Shown here: in pieces, positions 25,385 to 39,884 of the stretch
Numbering within the stretch: the first letter of the stretch is position 1
Layout: each line of letters opens with the position of its first letter
Assembly (NCBI GenBank): GCA_965649765.1
Contig: OZ287752.1
Location: forward strand, 35,402,001-35,466,000
Length of the DNA: 64,000 bases
Source: Bispira polyomma
Taxonomy: Eukaryota
Reading direction: 5' to 3'
Notes under the pieces: model-generated
Databases searched by the model: none
Told to the model about the DNA's origin: nothing
Seen by the model: the letters and a program-made list of their open reading frames with translations, nothing else
Translations under genes and position numbers: made by a program

Positions 25385-27043
25385 CTTCTTCTTTGACCAG
25401 TTTGCTTTCCTTTTTTCAGACAAAATTAGGAAAATTAGAGATACCTTTGTTCTTTCTGGCACTGAAAATGATGTTCATCCTCTTTCTGATCCTCCAGAAA
25501 TTACTGCCTTTACCAGATTCTCTGAAGATGCTGTTAATACTAATAATCCTGCATGTTGGATCCATTACCAACATCTCTCATCAAGGAATATAGTGATATA
25601 CTAACCCCATCAATTACAAAGCTTGAAAACTGCTCACTTATTGAGGGACATGTACCTGATGGTTTCAAAACTGCTGTGTTTAGTCCTCTTATTAAGAAGG
25701 CTTCACTTCCAGCTAATGATCTAAAGAACTATCGCCCTGTATCTGGTCTTAGTTTCATATAAAAACTGGTTGAATGTGTGGTTGCAAAGCAACTGTTAGA
25801 TTATATCCATGTCCACGACTTATATAACCCATACCAGATCTGCAGATAAAACAGGCCATTCAACTGAGACAGCTCTCCTGTCCATAAAAAAATGAAGTTC
25901 ACTTATCTTTGTTAAGAAGCGAACCTTCTGCCTTGGTGTTAATCGACCTCTCTGCTCCTTTTGACATCATTGATCATTCCACTCTTCTGAGTTGTCTTGG
26001 GACTTGGTTTGGAGTTGGGAGCTTTGTTCTTAAATGGTTCACTTCCTACTTAACTGAGCGTTCTTAGTCGATAAAAATTGGTTCTACTTTGTTTGATCTT
26101 TGTAAACTCTTGTTTGGTGTTCCCTAAGGTTCTGTTTTGGGCCCTTTGTTGTTTTCATTGTACACTGCACCTCTCAGTTTGGTAATTGGCAGATACAAAG
26201 GTATTAAATTTCATTTTTACGCAGATGACCCCCTAATTTAGGTGCACTTATCCTAGGAGAATACATCTGCTGCCTTTGAACAGTTGAACAGGTGCCTTAA
26301 TGATGTAAAAGAGTGAATGTCAACAAGTAAACTCCAATTGAATCCTGACAAGACTGAGTTTATACTCTTGGTTCAAAAAGACAGAGGTATAAGTTGAAAG
26401 CATGTTCCTCAATTGACATCCTGGGTAGCCCCTTCTGCCCAGCTGATTCAGTGAAGAACCTGGGCGTGTGGTTCAACTCTGATTATCTCTTTTTTCCACA
26501 TTTTCGGAGTGTCTGCAAAAGTTGTTTTGTGTAACTTCGGGACTTCAGACGTATCAGGTGCTTTTTACTCATGATGCTTCTTTCCTTGTGGCTAATGCTT
26601 TTGTCAGTAGTCGGTTGGATTATTGTAATTTACTTTTCAGGAGTCTCTCCAGGTTCAATCTACACAAATTACAATGTATTCAAAATAGTCCAGCTAGAAT
26701 TGTTTCAAACACCAGTTGATTGGCTTCCTGTTGAACAGTGCTCAATGTTTAAACAGCTACACTTGTTTATAAGTTTTTTCACCATAGTTTCCCTAAGTAT
26801 TTTGCCCCATATCTTTCATCTTACAGTAGTTCTTACAATACCAGGCACAGTCATAGTGGTGGTAATTTCCTTATTGTTCCAAAGTTCTACTCGTCTACTC
26901 AAAAGTCAGTTAAACAGCTTGGTTATAGCTTTGCTTTTGATGCTCCCATTGTTTGGAAGGCTCTTCCTGATGTGATTTGTGCATTGAGTCCCTTTCGCAA
27001 AGGAGAGATTAAGTGCTATAAAAGTCTAATTACAATTACAATT
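25385..27043 (+). mobile_element. 5'-truncated, decayed L2/CR1-type LINE (RT pseudogene)
   Basis: [40 protein letters not shown] (26218-26229), SRLDYCN, with stops and frameshifts; (ATTACA)n tail. Confidence 0.9.
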
Positions 27044-28687
27044 CTGGCATTCAATAATGGCCTCAAGTATAATGTTTTAAATGGGTGATTGTGCTGTACT
27101 AAAAATATGCTGTTGCAGGGAACTGAAGAAAACTCAAATAATATTTTTTGGGTGTTGACTGCTTGCAGACAGACAAGCTCTGCCAGTAACAAATGCTGTT
27201 CGATGCTAATAAGGGTTTATACCTACCGATTTTAGGAGGGCTTTGTGACAAAGGGGCCTGGTATACCATGATTAAAATGTGACACAAACATAATGTCATG
27301 TTGCTGCACTGTGTAGACAAAATCACAATATAATTTGGACATGAATCCTTTTATCTGCAATTAAATAACATTTATTCCACAGTCTTTTTGTTGTATTTCA
27401 ATCAATCTATCAATGTAAAAGTAGTTGACTGGAACATTTGCAGAATGTATGTGTACGGTTGGGTAATGATTTAAAAATATTCACTAAATTGTAGTTGTCA
27501 CAGTAAACTGAAACCTAAGTTACAAAAACAATCCATAATATTTTAATAAAACTCATCTAAATTTAATTATCAGACATTTGGCTACAGTTACTCTTTTTAT
27601 TATTTTGTATGAAAGCCTCTGAACTACACAATAGCCGCCATCCTTCAAGGCATGCTTTAAACCCTGGGGTCTGCATGTAAGGTTTTTTGGCGTTAATTTC
27701 GCCACTCTTTCTGTAAAGCCTGTTCAAGTTCAATTAAATTTGAAGGTTTTACATCTCTTTTTAAAAGAGAATTGCTTAATGTCTGTCACTCAAAGAGCCT
27801 GAATTAGGTTAGCATCGAGGAAATAGGCAAATAGGCGAATACAATTTTCTCAAATTTAGAGGTGTATATCTAGAATTTTACCAACCCTCCCATTTTGGAA
27901 AAATTAAAGTGTTACATCAAACTTACATTTGTAGTATATATGCTAAATAAATTATGCCTAAAGGTTAAGTGACCTGAAACAGGTGAAAATTTAATAAAGA
28001 AATTACTTTGGGCTTGATGAATTCCCAGCTTTCAAATCAATTTGTTCCCATTAAAAACACCAGCTCAGTAAAAAATTTTTTTAAAAATAAGAACCTTTTT
28101 TCATTTTTGCACTCATTGTCCCAAATGTGATTTATCTGTTCCTGCCACTTGCATTGTGTGCTGTAATTGCATGACATATATCCCACTAAGAATAATCAAC
28201 TGTAATTTTTGGGGGGGTCTTATTTCTGTACTATCTAATTGCCTGACATGTTTTCTTTTTGGTCGTCCCTCTGTTTTTAAAAAACTATCTCTCTTGGTTG
28301 GTCTCTTGGTGTGTTTTTGGGGGTTTGTAAAATTTGGATTTGTGTGAGGTCTTAAATGAAGTTATCCTTGCGTCTTTGCAAAATTTTATAGTAGCTTATT
28401 GGCATACAATAGGTAGATGTTGCTGTTTGTAGCATTCGTGCAGCTTATTTGGTGTGATAAAAAAATTCCATCTGGTGTTAAAAATACTTAAATTTTAATA
28501 TTATTTGAGTCAAGTTCTATATCTGAAGTTGTAGCAAATGAAGATAGACAATTAAAAAAAAAAAGTTATTAAACAAATGAAAACCCAAGAAGTTTCAACT
28601 GTTGTACATATATGCCCAATGGGGTCAAAAGTAAGATATTCAGATACTAAGCCCCCAATTACCATGAAATGTAACGAGTCATGTATA

Positions 28688-29138
28688 CAGTAGAACCTCT
28701 ATTATCCAAATATGTGGGAGAGAGAAAAAGATTTTGTTTGGATAATGGAAGGTTCATAAAATAGAAGACATATTGCTGTACAAAACAATAAAAAATTATA
28801 AATTTGGGAGAATGCAAACGAGTTCATATTTGAATTGGGATATTTAACGTCCACTCTAGTACCTGTTTAGGTTATATTGGGATGGGTAGTTGGAAACGCT
28901 GGAGGAAACACTGCATACAGTTGGTCAAGGTTCTGCTCTGAAACCAGCAGCCCACAGTAAGGAACTACCACCTTTCCCACATAGGCATTGACGGGAGTCG
29001 AACTCGCGCCGCCCAGAGGTGAGAGACTAGTGATTGTGAAGCGCCATGCTTGCTAACCACTAGGCCATTGCGGCCCCAAACGAGTTCATATTATCAAATA
29101 TTTAGATAATAAAAGTTCATATAATAGAGGTTCTACTG
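28688..29138. mobile_element. Tc1/pogo-like MITE (CAGTAGAACCTCTATTAT TIR) interrupted by a SINE
   Basis: TA|CAGTAGAACCTCTATTAT ... ATAATAGAGGTTCTACTG|TA. Confidence 0.85.
28831..29077 (-). mobile_element. tRNA-derived SINE (family A), full length
   Basis: A box in GGGGCCGCAATGGCCTAGTGGTTAGC, B box GAGTTCGACTCC; 15-bp TSD AAACGAGTTCATATT (28816-28830, 29078-29092). Confidence 0.92.
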
Positions 29139-31591
29139 TATTTGGCGGGGTTCTGATGTTACTATCTGTTGTTCTTACTTAGATGATACATAAATAATGA
29201 ATAAACGAAAAAGATATACGTCTGAGCAGTACCTTGTCACGGTGAAGGTTATCATAGTTTAGAATCTTTAACTCAAAACCAGAAAATAGTTTCGTCCAGT
29301 CGTCTGTTAATATAGTGAGAGTGGGTTAGATTGTCTTTAATTTATTATAATTTCGCTCCAATTACATCTGCAAACTGATTATAGAGACAACCCACTTTTT
29401 AAGTCTATTCTGTTTAGGCATGTTGATGTTAAACTACAAATATTGCTGATACGAAATGGTTAACAAGGACAAAAGAAGAAACATGCACAATACACATGAA
29501 ACAGAAAGTTGCAAAACAACAAAGCAAGCAGTATTAATGAAAGTTAACACTGTTTTGTTTGGTTAAATTACAATGTTATAGTCAGAAGTCAACGGCTTTA
29601 TGACCAAAAAGACAATTTTTATATGCTGATGACATAATACTAATGTCAACAAAGGCTAACGTAAGGCTATACTCACCTGCCCTTTGATATTTTCTTGAGG
29701 TATAATTAATGACAAGCCACAGATCATGACTTCGGCTTCTTGTTCCTGCACCTCCAATCAAAGTAAAATTGCCGGCTTAGAATGGGATATTACGATTCTT
29801 ACATGACATATTAAAATAAATACCTAATTCTTGAAATATTAAAATTTAATTGATGTTACTAGAGGTATTATTTAATCAAGCATAAGAAAAAGTATGGATA
29901 AAAGGAGTTTCTGTGGTTCTGACATTGTAGTCTTAGATTTACCTTTCTTCAGCGCCAATCAGAATCGGTGAAACATCATCATCTTAGAATTCTGCTAATA
30001 TAATATATGTAAGAGTGACAGTTAGAACATATTCTTAAGAGTCAACTTCTATGGTAAGATACCTACTGCTCTAAATTGTGTTATGTATTTTGGTGAATAA
30101 CCAGTTATAAATTCCCCTTTGTATTTGAACATTTAGTTTTTGTTACATTTTTGTAATTGCATCATATTAAATATTATTGAAGCATTATATAGCTCCCTAT
30201 TAGTATACCATCCTCTAAGTTGATCATTTTCTGAAAGAGATAGTCCTCCATAGGCTCGGTTGTCATCAGTAGGCAATGACATGTTCCCATCCCTCCCAAA
30301 GATGTATCCCACCAATAAACCTTGCGGCATTAGCAGGAGTCGAACTAGGGAACTTTCCATAATCAGACCAATTTCTCAAAAGCGGGAGTCAAACTGGGGA
30401 CCTTCTTGAACACCAGACCAACTATCTAACAACTGAGCCATAGGAAACCATTATACCATTATAGTCACATATCACATTATGAATTTTCAATAAAAATCAA
30501 TAAAAGTTAAGTGCTTGTTCTTACTGACTGTAAAAAAACATGTTGGGTGTCAACACATTATATAGAGGGACAACATGGTGTAAGTCCACAGTCACCAATG
30601 TTTGATGCAGGAAAGCAGGTTTATATGCTTCTTAAAAAGCAATCCAATAACACAAATGGGTCTTTGTTTGCTCTTTCTGTGTGAATGTTGACTCTAATTG
30701 AGGATACTTATATACACATAAATGGGCACAGACCACCACAAAAAAACAAGCAGCTTTAGTACAAACACATTACCAGGGGGGCACCAAATATTTAGTAAAG
30801 GAAAATATAGAAAAAGGAAAATAATTGTTTATGATCATGGGTGAGATATTACTGTGAAAGTATTGTGTTGAATATTGTAGGGACAAAACAGCAGACATAA
30901 ACTAAACAAGAACATATCATCTATATGTAGCTATGGTGTCCGGCTCATTATAAGCAAAATTACGAGAAAATATTGTGTTTTTTGCTGGTTCTTATGGTTT
31001 TTATACAAAAAATGTCCTGATTAATTGTAAGCAGGACTTATAAATCTATTTGTAATGGACAATTTGTTATCTTTCTCTTCTGCTACAATATTTGGTTATC
31101 AATAACTAATGATTTGTTGTTTTAACATTTATATTTTGATCATTGGATATTCCACACAAATAGGCTTACACGACATGGATATATGAGGACCTTGTACAGT
31201 AGACATATATAAAGCTTTCTTCAGGGACAGCTCAAGAATCTGTAACATAAATCATATACAAGTTCTATCAATAGTATATTGGATAAAACTGCAAGGAATG
31301 GGTAAGTTACAAAATTATAAAACAAGGACCACATCTATACACGACAAAGTACACATTTAATTTCATTCTATATAATTATGTATCATATTCAAGAAAAATG
31401 GTCATTTTATTACATAGGAGAATTTATTCAAACTATGACTGTTAACACTTATTTTGGGCATCAGAATGAACCAATGAAGAAATGTTCAAACACGAGTGAT
31501 GGGGAGAATATGCAGGTACTTAACGTTGTAATACAAATACATACAGATTGAAAATTATACATAAAATAAAGAGTTCTGACTTACATTGATT

Positions 31592-31830
31592 GTGGCCTAG
31601 TGGTTAGAGTGTCGGACTTTGGATCTGAGTGATCTTCGCTGCAGGCCTGAAGATTATACCCTTGGACAAGGTACTTTACACAAAGTTGTCCCATCTCTAC
31701 CCAGGTGTATATAATGGGTACCTAGCGGCTAATAGTTGTTAGTCTTTGTGAGTCGTTTGTGGCAGCATGACTAGTATGCCTCCTGAGGGAGCTGAGACTG
31801 ATCAATGGTCATAAAGAGTCATTTATAAAA
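31592..31830 (+). mobile_element. Older tRNA-derived SINE with a CORE/Deu-like central domain
   Basis: gtggcctagtggttagagtg head; cccttggacaaggtacttt; ctctacccaggtgtatataatgggtacc. The domain name is from recalled motifs. Confidence 0.6.
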
Positions 31831-32994
31831 AAAATCTATCAAAACGTTTAAAGAATTTACCTTAAATTTACATGTACATATCTTTATATTGAATGATAAT
31901 AGGCTTTTATTGGCCAAAATCCTCATTTGTATCAAACCTTACACATCTGAAAATTAAGGAGCATTATTTTTTAAATATAAAAGATACTATTGTCAAAGAG
32001 CACTATGTATATTTCTATAACCACATGAACCAGAATCAAAAATTCCATTTCATCCTCAAGGTACCCTGAGGGAATTTCGGGTTCTGTATTGGTGATGGCA
32101 ACAGGTCAGGCCTCTTGATGGTTTAACTTGATAGAATTGGACACTTTCCTCTTTTCGTTGAGTCCCCCATGTACAGACACACATCAGCTGTGGTTCTGTC
32201 TCTCTCAGGCCACATTTTTTCTGAAATGCTATTTTTTCTCTGTACTTGATGTTTTCAGGGGGAAAGGTTATCAGACATTTACTTTTGTGTAAAACATGGC
32301 ATGATTTCTCCTGAGAACCGCCCGAGCCCCAAACGGAACGTTGGGCCTAGCCACAGTCCCATTTCAATCATAAAGGCGCATGGGCCAGAAAGCATAAACT
32401 GCCCCGGGGACAAAGGACTTTTCTCAGAATTAAGTAAATCACATTAACTTAATGAATTCCCATTTTATGAGTGTCATAGCAATAAACATACTGGCATATT
32501 GGTATGAAATAGCTGTATATGCTTAAAACTACTGATAGGGAAAGTGCAAAGTTTCCTTGAAAATGAGTTAATGCTGCTATATATACTTTTGATCTAGCCA
32601 TACATGAATATCTTAACAAAGGCATGTGTTGTCATGTTTGATAATGTAATTACATTTACAGCCCTAACATTTTATATTTTTCTCGTTTTTTGGTGTGTTT
32701 GTGTAGTGAATGACAGATGATGTAACAATTCTCCGGAAGAAAAGATATGTTGGTAAGCATCAGTTATGCATTGATGAGATATTTATATCCTTAAATGCTT
32801 TTCAGTGCTAGTGCATCAGGTTTTTAATAAAGTTGTAACAGAAAGACCTTGTTTATGGTTTTTTTTATTCAGATGTAATACAGTGTTAATATTGTACAGC
32901 AGCAAAAAAATTATGTATGTTTATTTGAGAAAATTACATTTAAACCAGGACTTGTGCCATAAACTAAATAGATTTTAGTTATGTGTCCTTTATG

Positions 32995-33556
32995 CCTTGG
33001 TCCAACCGGATGTACATTAGGTTAGGTTAGTTACGCAAGGGTCATGTAAACAGTTGATGTAAAATCTCATGGAAAACTCTAATTAGTGTCATTTTCTCCA
33101 CGTTGAAGGCGTCAACAGAAGTTGAAATTCATGTATTAGTATGTCAAAAGCTATAAAGTGTCGCAGGCGATGCATAAGTTCACGTTAAAGTAATTATTTA
33201 AACACCCGTATGACACGTACGAGTACGCCAATACACGTTAAAGGCTGTCATTTTTTACCTTTAAGTACGTTTTATTACGTTAAACCACGTTATTTACACA
33301 CTGTGATGGATATCCACGTTGCCCCATGCAAATTGTCGCAATGAAAGTTCACGTTTTAGTGCGTCACATTTTTCCATCTCTTGCGTGTCTAAATTTCAAA
33401 TGCACGGTTTGAAATTACAAATTTCTTGCGTGTCAGCTCTCACGCCAGATTATGTATGCTTATCTATATTATGTCAGCTCCCGCAAATACCACGTAAAAC
33501 CTACGCAAAAATTAATTTTCAAACAACTCCTAACGTGAAGGCCGGTGGGACCAGGA
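32995..33556. mobile_element. MITE with GGTCCCACC-type TIRs (Harbinger-like)
   Basis: ccttggtccaaccgg ... ccggtgggaccagg; related to 44700-45195. Confidence 0.6.
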
Positions 33557-34620
33557 GAACCATTGGCGGGGAGATAAAAAACCCGAAAGGTTCTCCACAG
33601 GATTTCAAGATGAAAACTTGAACTCTATATATGTTATTTATATGTTAATGCGAGACTTTACTGCTTTGAAATAACTATTTTTTTTCTGAAGCTTATACTT
33701 TTTATTAAAGAAATATACACAGACAACCTCCATATAACATTCATTACCATATATTTCAAAAGTTAATGTTATTATTGGTGATATAGACGAATAATGCCAA
33801 ATATATAATATTTGACCAAATACATAGAACACGACAATGTACACATTTAATTTCATTGAAAAAACATTTTTTTAAAAATGTTATAGTGCTTAATACATTT
33901 TAAAATCAAATGAGACGGTATTTTTATTTTCTATTACACAATTCCATACATTATTGCAATGTCCATTCTGACATTTTCAAACCGGACACAAGTAACTTTG
34001 TCATCTGCATATAGTAAAAGATCTTGCATTGCAAGTTAGTTTTCTCGAAGCAGCATCAGATCATTAATGATGCCAAAATACCAACAAGTATCATAAAGAA
34101 GTACCAAAGTGCTGGGACATGGTCAGACAGGTTTGGCTGAGGGACCAGAGGGCCCTTACTTGAGTCCAAAAAATTGGTTTTATTGATCAAAGCGTGAGCT
34201 AAGGACCATAATGAGTAATCCCAAGTTTGCATTACTGATGATCAAAGTTCTACCCACGACACCTCTCTTAATTAGCCTGGACAAGGCTGTGTATGGGTGA
34301 TTGCAGTTGCAAATGTTTATACAGCAAAATTATTTTGTAAAAAATATGACATATTATGATGTCATATTATTATAGATCTTTAACATTTCGCTTAATGCTT
34401 ACATAGTTTATTTAATAATAATTGGAACAGTTGTAAATATGGCCCAATTGGTCTTACATTGTAAAATGCCACCTACATAGACATAAGACAAAAACACCAT
34501 GGTGCTATCTACAAATAGCAGACTATTGTTAAGAAAACTATTGTCAACAAAACGACAAAATGCAATAAAAAATGTTGGCCTATACTAATATGATGACCAT
34601 GTAGTCTCCCGTTGCCTAGA

Positions 34621-34875
34621 GGGGGCCGCTATGGCCTAGTGGTTAGCAAGCATTGCACTTAACAATCACTGGTCTCTCACCTCTGGGCGGCGTGAGTTTG
34701 AATCCTGTCAATGCCTATGTAGGAAAGGGGTGGTAGTTCCTTACTGTGGGCCACTGGTTTCAGTGAAGAACCTTGATCAACTGTATGCAGTGTTTCCTCC
34801 AGCGTTTCCAACTATCCGTCCAAATATAATCTAAACAGATACTAGAGTGGACTTAAATATCCAAATTCAATTCAA
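34621..34875 (+). mobile_element. tRNA-derived SINE (family A) inserted in the head of an older SINE
   Basis: Same sequence as the 20.8-kb and 28.9-kb copies; (TTCAA)n tail; imperfect TSD cccgttgcctagagg / cctgtggcctagagg. Confidence 0.88.
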
Positions 34876-37249
34876 TCCTTTTTTACCTGTGGCCTAGAGG
34901 TAGGGGAGTTTGTATGGTTATTGGAAGGTTCCCGGTTTAACTCCTGCTACTGCTGCAAGGTTTATTAGTGGGATAACATCTTTGGGCAAGATTGGAACAT
35001 GCCATTGTCTACTGATGGCGACACAGCCTATGTTGTAGGATACATGGTGGCTTCATTGATTCAGTTGTGGTGCTTTAGAATATGCCTCGCATCAATATGG
35101 CGTGATAAAATATATTGTATACAATACAATACAAAAAATAAACAAAGACATTAGTTTTAAAACAAGTACAAAGTTTGGCCTGTGCCAGGCTAGCTCTCTA
35201 TCTTTCACCACTTTATTCAGCCAAACGGGGCTGATTTGGCTCCACTTGCAAGTGTAAACAAATAGCATGTAACCTAATTACTGCTCTCCAGGCTGGCAAC
35301 CCTCCAGAAATAACACTGAAATGTGTTTGGGGGCTCAGCAGCCAGTCAAGAGGGAGGTTGCAGAAATATCCTAATTACATCAAGTAATTTCATTGTGTGA
35401 CCATCTGACGTCCAACTGCTTTCTGCATATATATACTTCTTCATCCTAAATGGTTAGGCTCACATTGTGCCCACATACCATTGTACCTTCAGTGCCTTTA
35501 ATGGGCAACTGCTAGACATTAGAAAAACACTTTATCAATTGCAAATTAAATATACCGACGTTAAAAACTGGGAATTAAGGTTACCCCTAAACTTTTTAAA
35601 CCTTCGCCCATCTGGATGGCCCATAAATCTTAGATGAAAATCCAATATTCTTTGTGAAGGTGGTTGTAATTTAATAATTACACCTACCCTTTTTGTGTAA
35701 AGGCTAACCTTAATGTTACTGTAAATCTAAATATACTTAATACCATTTTAAGCATACACAGTTTTGTTTGATTTATATTTTGCTCTCTGCGTCACTGCTG
35801 TCTTTAATATTTTGGGTAACACTGGTCAGATATCATAACTAATTTTTATGGAATTTTATATATGTGTAGGATTACATAGCATTGCATACACAAACGTATC
35901 AGTTTCTCTGGTGAAACTTTTAGCATGTTCCTATTTATTTCTCCCTCACCCCTCCCATTATACTGGACACATTTCACATTTCATGTTCCTTCCTCATTCC
36001 TATTCTCTGGGGGGCAATATATGGTTTTAATCTCACCGTCTCTTTCCAGGAAAAGCCACTGTTGGGTGCAACTAGTTGGTGCAAATGAGTGAGTTGCATG
36101 TCTTGATTAGTGTAACCAAGAGTTTCTTACTGCTTACTGACTTTAGTCAGGAAACTGATGAATCAAGCAACTTACATTGTACTTTACCATCAATTTGCCA
36201 AGAAATGGTGAAAAGTAGTTTAAACTACAAAATCAAGAATCTAAATATATACTGAAGTGATGTGTACCATAGCTGTACAACCCATAACAAAGCACTAGAT
36301 TTTTAGTTATAGTGTCAACTAAATAAATTTGAGGTAAGAAGTAAAGTTTCTTGAACCAAAGGACTTTTGTTGTAAGGATGTAAGTTATGGGCCTCATTGC
36401 TGATAGGGTGTGGTTTTTTATATGGTTGGAAACATTTAAAAATTGGTCCATTTTCTGTTAGGTTTTTGCATTTTATGGTGTGGTAGCAAACAATGTGATC
36501 AACGACAATTAAATGTATGGCATAGCTTTAACTGTTACAGCACACAAAAAGGAGAAACCTTTTGAATGATGTGTATGTGTAAGGCCCTATATTTCAAATA
36601 GGGAAAAGTCACATTCAATTTATAGTGACTCTTCCCCTTGGACCTTTCAGTCCGATAATTTAAAGCTACATAGTGCATGTATATATTGCTCTAATTGAGT
36701 ATGAATTTAGTTTAGTTTTACATCGCAGTTTTGGTCATATAAACAATGGTCAATGGTGGAAGAACCCATATGGCAAATACCTGACAAACTTTCCCACATG
36801 AAAGAACATAAGGGATTCAAACCCACATTGGCTAGATACTGCCAACAGTAGGCCACCACAACCCTCTTATTTCTAATTGAAGTAAGAATATAATATGAAA
36901 ATTAAAAATACATGCGAGTTTACCATATGTGCCATTTGTACCTAAATATTTACATGTCTCATGTTTACCGACAAACTTATATGTCGAACCAAAAAAATTC
37001 CTTCCTGGAAGTCGATTTTCCATATGGCTGATTTGTAAGTGTACATTTGTAATGCTACTGTATATTTATACCCTTTTCTCAACCTTTTCAACTTGTAATA
37101 ATAGATTAGTTGTTAATGTAAAATTAATTGTTTAGCTTATTGACAAGAATCCTTAAAACACTGCTGAGGGTTCGATATGTTTGTCAACTAAATCAACATG
37201 CATTATTTGAAATGCTTTACTGCACTATTAGAGACATAAATAACAAATA

Positions 37250-37540
37250 ATGGTATGCTTGCATTTAGCAAATTGATAAAACATCGCCTGTGCTAAAAAG
37301 ACAATCATGTCAATTCAATTCTACCTGAATCTGCAAAAGTATTGATAAAAAATAAAACTTTTATCTGTACTTGGAATGCTATTATGTCAAATTTAATTTT
37401 ACCTGAATCTGCAAAATTACAGACAAAAATAACTGTCGATGTTATGCTTACATTTATCAAATTGCTAAAATACATAAAATTTGATTTGCAATTTTAAAGC
37501 AATAATGTCAAATTTAATTCTGCCTAAATTTGCAAAAGAA
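37250..37540. repeat. Degenerate short tandem repeats
   Basis: atgtcaa.tt.aatt.t.cct.aat.tgcaaaa occurs three times. Confidence 0.65.
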
Positions 37541-39479
37541 TGGAACCCAAAAAAATTTTAAAGTTTACTTTCACAGAAAGAAATCTTGTATACATATTCA
37601 GTAATATGGTTAAGGTACTTTCTTAAGCCATTGTTTTGTTAAAAGAACACAAGTAACCGTGGATGGCCTTCCTCTTGCAATTTTCCTATTTTAATAAAAT
37701 AGATCCCCACTTTGCAGGGTGACAAATGCCAAACAGAGAAGTCTTTCACAAAGGGGGTAGTAAATAAATTCCATGGCAATCAGTCTTCATTTTGAAAACT
37801 CCTCCTTTCATTAAGAGAGCTTATTGGCCATCTTGCAACCATATCTGTGGTAAAAGGCCAGGGTATGTGGTTGAGAGAAGAAAGGGCCTGCATGCTTAAA
37901 GGTATCCTAGTCTTAACTCTTAGTCTTAGTGCAAAATGATGTATATAAAGAATTTTTAATATGAATACTACAAAGTTAAATCATCTAATGTTTTGAACAC
38001 AATGTTAAACAGACGAGGTGGTGTACTTAAAACAAAAAATCTAAACTTACTGTCAAATAGATCTTTTACTTCCTTTCTTAACTATGGCAGTGCCATTGCT
38101 TCAGCTCTTAACTTAAATGTTACAGGAGACTCACACACAAATTGAGGGTTTAAGAGAAAACTGCCAAGGAATGAATTAGTTGAGCTGTTCTCCTGTTCCA
38201 TCAATATTTATCAAGGCTTCCAGGTTTAATAATCTAACAATAGGCACTTGATGATATCAGATATGACTGGGAGTGCAGTTGTCTGTTAAAATATTTGATC
38301 AATGGCTACAATCCGGTCTGTCGCCCTCGTTGATTATTTGTGTTCCGGTTTTGATGTTTACCCAACAGAGGTACCGCAAATAAAAGTGTGAGAAGACTAA
38401 AAAAAGCTTGAAAAGAAAATCGGTATGTGTATTTTGCGATGAAGGACATTTAGGATGAAGGAAAAACAGTCCTTTGTAGTTATAGCAATTGTTTTTTAAT
38501 CTGCTGAGAGAGGGGATTTCTTGGTTAAAATATCTTTATTGACGAAGTGAGGTAATTGGACAAACTTCTCTGAAGGAGATGTGACTACAGGAAAAGGTAA
38601 ACAATAATTTCATGTGACTGGCTGAAGTGGAATTAATTCACAGACTGCAGAATGTCAATGTAACAGGAGATGTCAGTGTGCTACAACATAGAATGAGTAA
38701 GCAGTACACACATTTATAGAATATCGAAGGGTTTTGTTGTCATTTTAGTGAAAACTATTGTTGTTTTTTTGCTGATGAAGTAGAACTCTATACATTAAGC
38801 AGTATCTAGTTATTATAGGTGGATAAGTCTTTCATGAAATATACTTTTTGGTTGTAGTGTTTTCAGAAATGTTAACCTAGTTTTAGATTGACTGAAAAAT
38901 GTGCATAAATGTTTTTATTTACATAACACATATGTACAAGAATTACTATCACATTTAGAAAGCAATGCAATAAGCTGTCAATGATTAACGTAGGGTCACT
39001 TTATTGCCTTCTAGATGTACTACAGATTACACATATTTTTGTTATTACAGTATTCAATCAATGTTTGTTTGGTTATGTGCATTAGATCTTTAGTTATTTT
39101 TGAGTCGTTTTGATTCTGTAAAACTTTGATCTTTTAAACCTTGCTTTTAAAGATCTGCCTACACAGCTGATTCAGTGTATAGTATTTCACGAAACAAGCA
39201 TGTCTAAGTCACCCATTCTATTTGTTTGTGTCAGTTTAGGATTTCAGCTCTTTGGATCTGAAACGTCACAAAACGTCACAATTGACTCCCATTTATGAAA
39301 ATGACGTCACTTTGACACAAACCACGTTTTCAGTTTATATTGCCTTTATACGTTGTGAGACGTTAGCACGTGTAGGTGTGACTGGGCCATTAGTACTTCC
39401 TATGTCGGAGTGTAGTAGTAAAAATATTAAAAGTGCTTTGTTCTGGCAATGGTTGATAATAACGTCGAAAGTAGAAAAG

Positions 39480-39699
39480 GGCTCTCGGTGGTCTACACAC
39501 AACACTCGCCTTTCACCTCTGCAGTCATGGGGTCCAATCTCAGCTCTGGCATTTATGTGGAAAACTTGGTAGTAGACATGCTGAAGGTCAGTAGTTTGCA
39601 GAGCAGAAAACGTTGACTAGCTACCCTTGCTCTGATTTACTCTACCAGTAAACTTCTCATTGTGATATAACAAGACATGTTGAAAGCAGTGTTTTAACG
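39480..39699 (+). mobile_element. Diverged tRNA-derived SINE (relatives at ~47115-47330, ~53060-53230, ~59200-59410)
   Basis: tRNA-like head followed by tatgtggaaaacttggtagtaga..gctgaagg, shared with the 53.1-kb and 59.2-kb copies and similar to the family A body; the 47.1-kb copy is more distant. Confidence 0.55.
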
Positions 39700-39884
39700 N
39701 NNNNNNNNNNNNNNNNNNNNNNNNNNNNNNNNNNNNNNNNNNNNNNNNNNNNNNNNNNNNNNNNNNNNNNNNNNNNNNNNNNNNNNNNNNNNNNNNNNNN
39801 NNNNNNNNNNNNNNNNNNNNNNNNNNNNNNNNNNNNNNNNNNNNNNNNNNNNNNNNNNNNNNNNNNNNNNNNNNNNNNNNNNNN
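39700..39884. other. Assembly gap (185 N)
   Basis: Run of N. Confidence 1.

Noticed and set aside
27657-27968. piggyBac-like MITE (TTAA...TTAA)
   Set aside because: The terminal inverted repeats match too poorly.
28990-29077. tRNA gene (also at 34621, 31592 and 59200)
   Set aside because: The A/B boxes belong to SINE heads that continue into a shared body and tail, with TSDs for the family A copies. No clean cloverleaf was evident.
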